Positions 25,433 to 36,277 of a stretch of 64,000 bases of DNA are shown here, piece by piece. This DNA is from Heptranchias perlo. Its lineage: Eukaryota. Below the pieces are notes generated by a model. It did not search any database, was not told the origin of the DNA, and saw only the letters and a program-made list of their open reading frames with translations. The stretch's first letter is position 1. Each line of letters opens with the position of its first letter. A program made the position numbers and the translations under genes. Location of the stretch: positions 3,472,001-3,536,000 of the forward strand of contig NC_090340.1 in NCBI RefSeq assembly GCF_035084215.1, given 5' to 3'.

Positions 25433-27600
25433 AATTTAAAATAAAATTGCTGGACTATAACTTGGTGTTGTAAAATTGTTTACAATTGTCAACCCCAGTC
25501 CATCACCGGCATCGCCACATCATGACTAAATGGGATAGATTCAGGAGAGATCTAGCAGCTCAAAACTGGGGATCTACGAGGCGCTGTGTGCCATCAGCAG
25601 CAGCAGAAACCTATTCCAGCAAAATCTGTAACCTCATGGCCTGGCATATTCCTCACTCTACCATTACCAACAAGCCAGGGCTTCAACCCTGGTTCAATAA
25701 GGAGTGTAGAAGAGCACGCCAGGAGCAGCACCAGGCGTACCTAAAAATGAGGTGCCAACCTGATGAAACTACAACTCAGGACGACATGCATCCTAAACAG
25801 CGAAAGCAACATGCTATAGACAGAGCGAAGCGATTCCACAACTAACGGATCAGATCAAAGCTCTGCAGTCCTGCCACATCAAGTCGTGAATGGTGGTGGA
25901 CAATTAAACAACTAACGGGAAGAGGAGGCTCTGCAAACGTCCCCATCCTCAAAGATGGCGGAGTCCTGCACGTGAGTGCAAAAGACAAGGCTGCATCGTT
26001 TGCAACCATCTTCAGCCAGAAGTGCGGAGTGGATATTTATCTCGACCTCCTCCCGATATCCCCACCATCATTGAAGCCAATCTTCAGCCAATTCGATTCA
26101 CTCCACGTGATATCAAGCAACGGCTGAGTGCAGTGGATACAGCAAAGGCGATGGGCCCCAACAACATCTCGGCTGTAGTGCTGAAGACTTGTGCTCCAGA
26201 ACTAGCCGCACTTCCAGCCAAACTGTTCCAGTACAGCTACAAAACTGGCATCTACCCGAAAATGTGTAAAATTGTCCAGGTATGTCCTGTCCACAAAAAG
26301 CAGGACAAATCCAATCTGACCAATTCCCGCACCATCAGCCTAATTTGGGTTCCACCAGGACAACTCGGCACCAGATCTCATTACAGCCTTGGTCCAAACA
26401 TGGACAAAAGAGCTGAGGTGAGTTGAGAGTGACTGCCCTTGACATCATGGCAGCATTTGACCGAGTGTGGCACCAAGGAGCCCTAGTAAAATTGAAGCCA
26501 ATGGGAATCAGAGGGAAAACTCACCAGTGGCTGGAGTCATAGCAAGCAAAAGGAAGATGATAGTGGTTGGTGGAGACCAATCATCTCAGCCTCAGGACAT
26601 TGCTGCAGGAGTTTCTCAGGGCAATGTCCTCGGCACAACAATTTTCAGCTGCTTCATCAATGACCTTCCCTCCATCATAAGGTCAGAAATGGGGATGTTC
26701 GCCGATGATTGCACAGTGTTCAGTTCGATTCGCAACCCCTCAGATAATGAAGCGGTCCGTGCCCGCATGCAGCAAGACCTGGACAACATCCAGGCTTGGA
26801 CTGAGAAGTGGCAAGCAACATTCGCGCCAGACAAGTGCTCGGCAATGACCATCTCCAAAAAAAGAGTCCAATCACCTCAACTTGACATTCAACGGCATTA
26901 CTATCACCGAATCTCCGACAGTCAACATCCTGGGGTCACCATTGACCAGGAACTTAACTGAACCAGCCACATAAATACTGTGGCTACAAGAGCAGGTCAG
27001 AGGCTGGGTATTCTGGGGCGAGTGACTAACCTCCTGACTCCCCAAAGCCTTTCCACCATTTACAAGGCACAAGTTAGGAGTGTGATGGAATACTCTCCAC
27101 TTGCCTGAATGAGTGCAGCTCCAACAACACTCAAGAAGCTTGACATCATCCAGGACAAAGCAGCCCGCTTGAATGGCACTCCATCCACAACCCTAAATAT
27201 TAATTCCCTTCACCACCGGCGCACTGTGGCTGCAGTGTGTACCATCCACAGGATGCACTGCAGCAACTCGCCAAGGCTTCTTTGACAGCACCTCCCAAAC
27301 CCGCAACTCCTCCCACCTAGAAGGGCAAGGGCAGCAGGCACATGGGAACAACACCACCTTCATGTTCCCCTCCAAGTCACACACCATCGCGACTTGGAAA
27401 TATATCGTCGTTCCTTCATCGTCGCTGGGTCAAAATCCTGGAACTCCCTTCCTAACAGCACTGTGGGAGAACCTGCATCACATGGACTGCATCGGTTCAA
27501 GACGGCGGCTCATCACCACCTTCTCGAGCGCAATTAGGGATGGGCAATAAATGCTGGGCTTTTCAGCGACGCCCACATCCCATGAACGAATAAAAAAAAA

Positions 27601-30600
27601 GCAGTGTATAACGGATGGGAGAGCGGTTTTACGGATGAGTGACGTGTTCAACGAATGGGAGAGTTGCGTAAAGGGTAGGAAAGTTATATTATGGATGGGA
27701 GAAGTATTTAACGTTTGAGAGAGGTGTGTACCGGTTGGAAAGGTGCTTAACGGGTGGCAGAGGTTTTTAACGGGCGGGGGAGGTGTTTAACAGACTGGAG
27801 AGTTTTTAACGGGCGGGAGAGGTGTTTAAGGGGAAGGAGAGAGAGTGGCTTGTAAAGAGTGGTTGAGATGTTTCTCGGGTGTGAGAGATGTATAAGATGT
27901 GGGATAGATATTTAACAAGGAGGAGAAGTGATTAACGGGTGAGCGGGGTGTTTAACGGTTAGGAGAGACTTCTAGCGGGTGGGAGAGAAGTTTAACGGAC
28001 GAGAGAGGCTTTTAACGTGTGGTTGAGACGTTTAACGGTTGGAAGAGGCGTGTAACGGATGACAGAGGCTTTTAACTTGTGGAGATGGTGTTTATCGTGT
28101 TGGAGAAGTTGGTAACGAATTGGTGAAGTGCTTAACTGGTAGGAAAGGTGTTTAACGGTTGGGAAAGGTTTTTATCGAGTGCCGGGGTGTTTAATGGGTG
28201 CGAACGTTATATGAGGGGGTGGAGAGGTGTTTAATGAGTGGAAGATGTGTGTTGCGAATAGAAGAGGCTGTTTAACGGTGGGAGAAATGTTTAACAAGGG
28301 GGCTGGTGTTAATTTGTGAGAGATGCTTTTAACGGGATGGATAGGATTTTGTAAGGGTGAGTGAGGTTTATAACGGATGGGAGAGGTGTTTAACTGGTGG
28401 AAGAGGTGTGTAACGTGTGATGGAGGTGTATAACGAATGCGACGGCTACTTAACGGATAGGAGAGGTGTTAAACGGATAGGAGAGTTGTGTAACGGTTAG
28501 GAGAGCGGTTTAACGGGTGATAAAGATGTTTAAAGGGAGGGACAGTTGTCCAACGGGTAGGAGAGGATTATAAGCAATGGGAGAGTTGCTTAACGGGTGG
28601 AAGAAAAGTTTAACGGATGGGAAAAGTGTCTAATGAGTTGGAGAGGTATGTATGTGGTGGAGGAGGTGTGTAACGAATGTCGAATGTGGTTAACGGGTAG
28701 GAGGTGCTTTAATGGGTGGGAATGTTTAGTGGGTGGCAGATGTGTTTAAGGGATAGGCGAGGCTACTTAACGGATGGTTCTGAGTGTTAACAACAGTCGA
28801 GGTGTGTAACGGATGGAAGAAGTGTTTAACGAGTGTGGCCGTGTTTAAGGGGTGTGGAAGTTATTTAACGGGGATGAGAGGTATTTAGCGGATGGGAGTG
28901 GTGTTTAACGGTTGGGAGAGGTGTTTTAATGAGTGGGAGAGGGGTTTAGCTGGCGGAAGAGGTGCTAAAAGAATAGGAGAGGTGTGTATCGGCTGGCAAA
29001 TGTGTTTACCGAGTGCGGCGGAGGTGTTTAAGTGGTGGGAAATTTAATTAAGGGGGAGGAGTTGTGTTTTACGGGTGGGAGAGGTGTTTAGAGTGTTGGA
29101 GATGTGTTTTCCAGGCAGGAGAGTGGTGTAATGAACGGGAGAGGTATTTAACAGCTCGGAGAGACTTTTAAAGTGAAGCGGTGTTTATCGGGTGGGAGAG
29201 GTTTTAAACGGTTGGGAGAAATGTCAATGCATTGGAAATGAGCAACGGGTGGGAGAGGTGTTTATGGGGTATGAGAATTGCTTAAGGGGTCAGAAATGTT
29301 TTTTCACGGAGATGAGAGGTGATTAACGGGTGGGAGAGGTGCCCAACTGGTGGGAGAGGTGTTTCACTGGTGGGAGAGTTGCCTAACTGGTGGAAGAATT
29401 GTCTGTCGAATGGAAGAGGTGTTTATGCGGTGGAAAAGGTCTGTAACGGGGGGAGAGGTGTTTAAACGGTCCAAGTGGTGTTTAAGTGGTGGTGGTGGGT
29501 GGGGGGGGGGGACATTAACCAATTGGAGGTATGTTTTACGGGTGGGAGAACTGTGTAACAGGTGGGAGAGGTGGTCAACGAGTGCGGGGGTGGGGTGTTT
29601 AAGGGGTGGGAAAGTTATTAATGGGGGAGGAATGGTGTTTGACGGGCGGGGGAGGAGTTTAATCGGTGGGAGAGGTGTTTAGCCGGTTGGAGATATGCTT
29701 AACGGAAGAGAGAGACTTTTAACGGGTGGAAGAAGCGTTTAACGGGTAGGAGAGTTGTGTAACGGGTGGTAGAAGTGTGTAACGCGTGGAAGCGATGTTT
29801 GATGCATGATAAAGGCTTTGAACGGGTGAAAGAGGTGTTTATCAGGTACGAGATATGTCTAACGGGTGGAAGAGGTGTGTAACGGGTGGGAGAGGTGTTT
29901 AGCGTATGCGGAAGAAATTTAAGGGGTGGCAAATTCAATGAAGCGGACGAGAAGTCTTTAACAGGTTGGAGACGTGTTTAATAGCTGGAGGAGGTGCTTA
30001 ACTTGTGAGTGAGGTGTGTCATGGGTGGGACAAGTGTTTAACCTGTTAGAGAGTTGTTTAACGATTAGGGGAAGTGTTTAATGGGTACGAGAAGTGTGTT
30101 ACTGGTGGGAGAGGTGCTTAAGGCAGGGAGATGGGGTTAACGCGTGAGTGAAGTGTATAACTGATGGGAGAGGATGTAAGGTGTGCGAAAGTTGTTTAGC
30201 GGCTGAGAGAGGTGTTTAACGTGTGAAAGAGGTTTGTAACGGGTGGGAGAGGTGCCTAACTGATGAGCTACTGTTTTAACGGGTGGAAGAAGTTTTTATT
30301 GGGTGGGAGATATGTTTAACGCGTGAGGAAGGTGTTTAACGGGTATGAGAGGTGTGTAACAGGTGGAAGAGGTGTTTACCGAATGGGAGAGGTGTTTAAC
30401 GACCAGAAGAGGTCCGTAATAGGTGGGATAGGTGTTTAACAAGTGCGGAACGTATTTAAATGGTGGGGAAGTTATTGAGGGGGGCGGGAGGGAGAGATTT
30501 TTAACTGGTGTTTAATGGTTGGAAGAGGCATCTAACGGGTAGGAGGGCGCTGTAATGGATGGGAAAGGTATGTAACGTGTGGGAGAGGTGTTTAACGGGT

Positions 30601-31055
30601 GAGAGAGGTTTGCAACTGGTAGATGAGTTGCCTAACGGATGAGAGAGGCTTTTAACGGGTGGAAGAGGTGTTATTGTGTGGGTGAGATGTTTAACGGGTG
30701 GGGGAGGTGTTTAGCTAGACCGGGAGGAATGTAAGGGTTGGGAAAGATATTTAACGGGAAGGAGAGGCGCGTAAGATTGGGGGAAGGTGTTTAACAGGTC
30801 GGAGAGGTTTTTAAGCGGTCGATGAGGTATGTAATGGGCGAGAAATGTGTTTAAAAGGTGAAAGGGGGTTGTAACGTGTGGGAGAGTTCTTTAGCTTGTG
30901 GAAGCGTGTTTTAACCGGTGGTATATGTACTTAAGGGTTTGTAGAGGTGTTTAACGGGTGGGAGAAGTATAACACGGGTGGGAGAGGTGTTTACGGGGCG
31001 CCAGAGGTATTTAACGGAGGAGAGAGGTGTTTAACCGGTGGGAGAGGTGTTTAAT
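27601..31055. repeat. 20-bp G-rich minisatellite, right block (about 170 units by length)
   Basis: Continuous degenerate AACGGGTGGGAGAGGTGTTT repeats. Confidence 0.95.
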
Positions 31056-31373
31056 TCATGGGCCAGCCGATATCACACATTTTGCACTATCGGCTAAAGT
31101 CAAAATTATCCCCGTTGTCTCCAAACAAGGCCATAATTCTTTACACGATCTCTTGCATTAAACTGACAACTCATCATATTTGTTTCTATTTTTACTGCAG
31201 AATCCCAACGTCCTAATCTAAACCACGTGTTAACCTCTATCACACAGAATACATTCTCACAATATACAGGTATTAATATTGACTTCTGTATTGTTAATCT
31301 TTTCTCATTTTTTCTCATCAGATATTCTAAGCTTTATGCGAATCACGCCCATAGTATGCCTGTGGTTTCTACA

Positions 31374-31383
31374 CTTCCCTTTT
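31374..31383 (-). other. Polypurine tract (PPT) of the provirus
   Basis: Minus strand AAAAGGGAAG directly followed by TGTAG at the edge of the duplicated (LTR) sequence. Confidence 0.7.
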
Positions 31384-32409
31384 AATGTAGCCCTCTGTGC
31401 TATCTGTAGATTAAAATAGGGATTTGGTCATAGTGGGGGGAGTTACTAGGAGATAAAAAAATATTGCACTTCCAGTAGGTACAAGATGGAAAGGGGTCAG
31501 TTAGTCTGCAACTGTAGTTTGGAGTAGAAACAGTTAACTCTTGCCTGTTAGAAGGAGGGCGAGCGAAGTGTAGTGAAAGTTAGAGGGATGGAGAAGAGTT
31601 GAAATATGAGGAAGTGAGTCGGGTTTATGGGCAGGAGAGTAAGTGTTAATCCAGCGAAAGAAGGTAGAAACTCGAACCTTGAGTGAGATAAGAACTGGAA
31701 AAGTCTCGTCTAGACATAGAAAGGGAAACATCAGTCCTGAGAGCTAATGAATAATAATAATAAATGCATTCCTATAGTAACTATACTAACTATAAATATG
31801 AGTGTCACCTGAGGGGCCAGACTTTCAAATGCGTGTTGCTCAACTACTAAGAAAAAGCGAAGTGCTAATCAGTCCATTCTCAGTGTCTGAATCTTGCTTG
31901 GAGTTGTGCATTCAAACACTAACTACCCCATGATATAATTTATCCATTCCAAGCTGTTAACCTATTAGACTATATACTATCCTACATTCCCCTCCTTGGA
32001 ACTGAGGGAAATAACCTTTTCCAGGATTGCACACTCAACTATCTCTCTGACTGTTTCCGTCATAATCTATCTTAATTTCACTTGCTTGATGTTCCGTCTT
32101 AACACTCATCACTATAATTAATATTACTCACATAATACCTTGGCCACCACGAGCAACTCAGACATAATCCGTATCCATGGATGTCTTCCAGCATTATACA
32201 TTACTTCTCATCATTCATATATCAGACACAATCGAAAGACTGTATTTCAAAGATCCTCCACTAATCTTTCACTATTATCAATAGTGCGGATAATTTTAAT
32301 ATAGGTTTTGGAGATCACCCTGAATTTGGGATTTCCAATTCTATATCCTTTTTTACTTTGAACTTCAATTAGCCTGATGAAAAACAGTGCTTTGACCCTA
32401 TGCTGGTTA

Positions 32410-34460
32410 GAATCATAGAATCGTTACAGTCCACAAGGAGGTCATTCGGCCCATCAAGCCCGTACCAGCTAATTGTAAGAGCAATCCAGTTATTCCCATT
32501 CGCCTGCTCTTTCCCCGAAGCCCTGCAATTTTTTCCTTTAAAGTATTTATTCAATTCCTTTGAAAGCTACCATTGAATTTTCTTCTTCCACACTTTCAGA
32601 CAGTGCATTCCAGATCATAACTACTCGCTGCATAAAAAAGTTTTTCCTCACATCGTCTTTAGTTAATTTGCCAATCACCTTGAATCTGTGTCCACTGGTT
32701 CTCGACTCTTACACCAATGGGAATAGTTTCTCTTTATTTACTTTATTTAAATCCTGATTTTGTCTTATATTTTCTAACTGATGATTTTGAACACTTCTAA
32801 CAAATTTCCTTTCAACCTTCTCTGCTCTAATGAGAACAACCTCAGCTTCTCCAGTCAAGCAACGTAACTGAAGTCCCTCATCCCTGGAACCATTCTACTA
32901 AATCTTTTCTGCAACCTCTCTAAGGCCGTCGCATCCTTCCTAAATTGCGGTGCCCAGAATTGGACAAAATACTTCAGCTGTGGCCAAACCAGTGTTTTAT
33001 AAGGGTCAACATCACTTCCTTGCTTTTGTACTCGATGCCTCTATTTATAAAGCCCAGTCACCCGTGTGCTTTTTAAAATCACTTTCTCAACCTGTCCTGC
33101 AACCTCCAAAGATTTGTGCACAAATGCCCCAGGTCTCTCTGTTCCTGCACCATATTTAGAATTATACCATTTAGTTTATATTGCGTCTCCTAAACCTTCC
33201 TGCCAATATTTATCCTTTCGAACTTCCCTGCATTCAATTTATTCTGCCATGTGGTGTCCGCCCATTCCACCAACCTGTCTATGTCCCCTTGAAGTCAATT
33301 ATTATCCTCCTCACTGTTTACTACACTTCCGCGTTTTGTGTCATCAGCAAGTTTTGAAATTGTGCCCTGTACACCCAAGTCAAAGTCATTTATATATATA
33401 TAAAAAACAGTGGTCCTGATACTGACCCCTGGGGAACACCATTGTATATCTTCCTCCATGATGTGGAGATGCCGGTGATGGACTGGGGTTGACAATTGTA
33501 AACAATTTTACAACACCAAGTTATAGTCCAGCAATTTTATTTTAAATCCACAAGCTTTCGGAGGCTTCCTCCTTCCTCAGCCTCCGAAAGCTTGTGAATT
33601 TTAAATAAAATTGCTGGACTATAACTTGGTGTTGTAAAATTGTTTACAATTATCTTCCTCCAGTCCGAAAAACAACCGTTCATCACTGCGCTGTTTCATA
33701 TCACTTAGCCAATTTCGTATCCATGCTGTCACTTCCCCTTTTATTCCATCAGCGTCAATTTTGCTGACAAGCATATTATGTGACACTTTATCAAACGCCT
33801 TCTGAAAGCCCATATACACAGCATCAACTGCACTGTCCTCGTCAATCCTCTCTGGTACCTCATCAAAAAGCTCAATGAAGTTAGTCAAACATGTTTTGTC
33901 TTTAACAAATCCGTGCTAGATTTCCTTTATTATTCCACTCATTTCCAAGTGACTATTAACTTTGTCCCAGGTTATCGTTTCTAAAAGCTTCCCCACCACC
34001 GATGATAAACTGACTTGCCTGGCATTAACATGTTTATCCTTAAACCCTTTTTTGAACAAGGATGTAACATTGGTAATACTTCAGTCTTCTGGCGCCACCG
34101 CTGTATCTAAGGAGGATTGGAAGAATATGGCCAGCATCTCTGCAATTTCCACCCTTACTTCCCTCATGAACTCAGGATGCATCCCATCCAGACCGGATGA
34201 CTTATTTACATTAAGCACAGCCAGCCTATCTAGTACGTACTCTTTATCATTTTTTACCCCATCCAGTCTCACAACTACCTCCTCCTTTACTGTGGCTTTT
34301 GCAGCATCTTCTTCCTTGGTGTAGAGGGATGACAAGTGCTCATTGAGAACCTCAGCCATGCCCTCTGCCTTTATGCATGCATCTTCTTTTTGGTCCCTAA
34401 CCTGCTCCAGCCCTTCTCTTATGACCCATTTACTATTTATATGCCGATTGAATACTTTTC
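32410..34460 (-). mobile_element. CR1 LINE fragment
   Basis: tagaatcatagaatc tail; MAEVLNE.., TNFIELFDEV..FQKAFDKV, SKLADDTK. Confidence 0.92.
33459..33650 (-). mobile_element. Second palindromic Penelope-derived mini-element (192 bp)
   Basis: Tail plus inverted arms; 12-bp TSD TATCTTCCTCCA at 33447-33458 and 33651-33662; minus-strand hammerhead core at 33549-33580. Confidence 0.93.
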
Positions 34461-34867
34461 GATTATTGGTTGTATTATTACTTTATGTAAAGAAGGTTTG
34501 CTTTTCTATGGAGCATGTGTCAGAACCTTGAATAAATGGTTAAAATTAGTAATGATACGTATATGTTCATATTCTTCTGAGTCACAATAATCATTTCATG
34601 TAGCGATGTTCTCAACGTGACTGAGCATGTCTGGGACCCGTTCTTCAGTACATCTTTATCGTACATTCTGCATACTGTTCGCTTCATGCACAATACTTCA
34701 ATCCTGCACATTCAGTGGTAGGCCTAGATCTTGTGAACAAGACATCAGGCACGAGGTATTCCTGCCCGTACAGTCTATCAAAAGATCAGGTATTTGGAGA
34801 TTTCAAGTAGTGGTCATGCCATATAATACAAACCCTTGGCCGTTCTGTTCTTGGAAACTACCACGAC

Positions 34868-36277
34868 ATCTCAAACCTTCCTTTCCCCTCCAAAATCCTT
34901 GAATATGTTGTTGCTTCCAAAATACAGGCCCATTTTTTCCACAATTCCATGTTTGAATCCCTCCAATTTGATTTCCACAACTGCCACAGTACTGAAACGG
35001 CCCTTCTCAGTCACGAATGACATCCTATGTGACTGTGACGATGGTAAACTATCCCACCTCATCATTCTCGACCACTCTGCAGCCTTTAACAAGGTTGACA
35101 CAGCATCCTCCTCCAATGGCTCTCCTCCGTCGTCCAGTGGGTGGGGTTGCACTTGCCTGGTTCCATTCTTATCTACCCAGTCATAGCCTGAGAATCTCTT
35201 GCAGTGACTTATCTTCCTTCCCCCACACAGTTACCTCCAGAGTCCCCCAGTGGAGCTAGCCTTCGTACCCTGCTATTTCTCATCTACATTCTGCCCCTCG
35301 GCAATATCATCAGAAAATACAATGTCAGGTTCCACAGGTACGCTGGCGGCACACATTTCTATCTCACCAGCACTTCTCTCGACCCCTCCAGAGCCACTGA
35401 TTTGTCAACCTGCTATTCTGACATCCAGCAATGGATGAGCAAAAAAAATCTTGAATTAACTATTGGGAAGGCCAAAGCCATTGTGTTCAGTCCCCGTCAC
35501 AAACTCCGTTCCCTTGTAACAACTCCATCCAGCCCCCTGGCCAGGATTTGAAGCTTATCAAGACCGTTTGCATCCTTGGCGTCCTTTTTGACTCTGAAAT
35601 GAGCTTCCAAGCACATATCCGATTCTTCACCAAAACCATGGACTTCCACCCCGGTAACATCGCCTGTCTCCGCTCTTGCCTCAGCTCATCTACTGCTGAA
35701 ACCTTCATCCATGTCTTTGTTATCTCTAGACTTGACTATTCTAATGTTCCCTTGACCGGCCTCCCATCTTCCACCCTCCATAATCTTGAGCTTATCCAAA
35801 ACTCTGATGCATGTATCCTATTCCCGTTCACATATCACCCCCTATGCTCATTGACCAACATTGGCTCCTGGTCCAGCAATGCCTCGATTTAAAAATTATC
35901 TTCCTTGTTTTCAAATCGCTCCATGGACTCGCCCCTCCCTATCTCTGTAACCTCTCTCAGGCCTACAACCTTCCTAGATCTCTGTGCTCCTCCAATTCTT
36001 GCCTCTTGCGCATGCCCGATTTCAATCGTTCCCCCACTGCCGGATATGCCTCGCAGTTGCTCGGTCCTAAACTCGCGAATTTCCCCCTCGCCCAAACCCT
36101 CTCTCCTCCTTTAAGGCACTCCTTTTCACCTACTCCTTTGACTAAGCTTTTGTTCACCTATCCTTATACCTTCTTATTTGGCTTGGTGTCACATTTTGTT
36201 TGATAACGCTTCTGTTAAGCACATTGAGAAGTCATGCTACGTTAAAGGCGCTATATAAATGCAAGTTGCTGTTGTTG
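34868..36277 (+). mobile_element. L2 LINE 3' fragment
   Basis: VTNDILCDCD..LIILDHSAAF, LLFLIYILPLG, FVISRLDYSN, HWL; tail gttaaaggcgctatataaatgcaagttgctgttgttg. Confidence 0.92.

Larger units (their letters stand above)
25278..25525 (+). mobile_element. Non-autonomous palindromic Penelope-derived element with two opposed hammerhead motifs
   Basis: Near-perfect inverted repeat of about 210 bp plus a ~35-nt tail; 12-bp TSD CTAAATGGGATA at 25266-25277 and 25526-25537; arms match the termini of the Penelope element at 51081-53546. Confidence 0.93.
24151..27600 (+). mobile_element. Near full-length family B LINE: tRNA-derived head + EN-RT ORF (disrupted) + poly(A)
   Basis: Box A-like 24151-24161, box B GTTCAATTCC 24216-24225; EN motifs from about 24570 (LLTNIWG..K, LTESHL, NLLDLILTN, DHRTV); RT motifs KAMGPNNI, QGNVLG, FADDC; A9 tail ending at 27600; possible AAGCA TSD. 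Confidence 0.92.
23700..31112. mobile_element. MITE whose interior holds a minisatellite array
   Basis: Left end gggtagatcttgacttt and right end aaagtcaaaattatcccc are inverted repeats; the internal aaaacgggctgcc.attcgctatc motif also occurs in the MITE at 2005-2153. Confidence 0.7.
23377..31373 (-). mobile_element. 3' LTR of a decayed provirus (about 0.6 kb in two pieces, 23377-23700 and 31113-31373)
   Basis: Both pieces align with 39395-39560 and 40175-40436. On the minus strand the LTR starts TGTAG immediately after a purine tract, ends CA at 23377, and has TATAAATA at 23641-23648. Confidence 0.78.

Noticed and set aside
27601-31055. CRISPR-like array, or coding ORFs 29350..29682 and 29699..29938
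   Set aside because: Head-to-tail degenerate 20-mers with no unique spacers in a vertebrate context; the ORFs are repeat translations.
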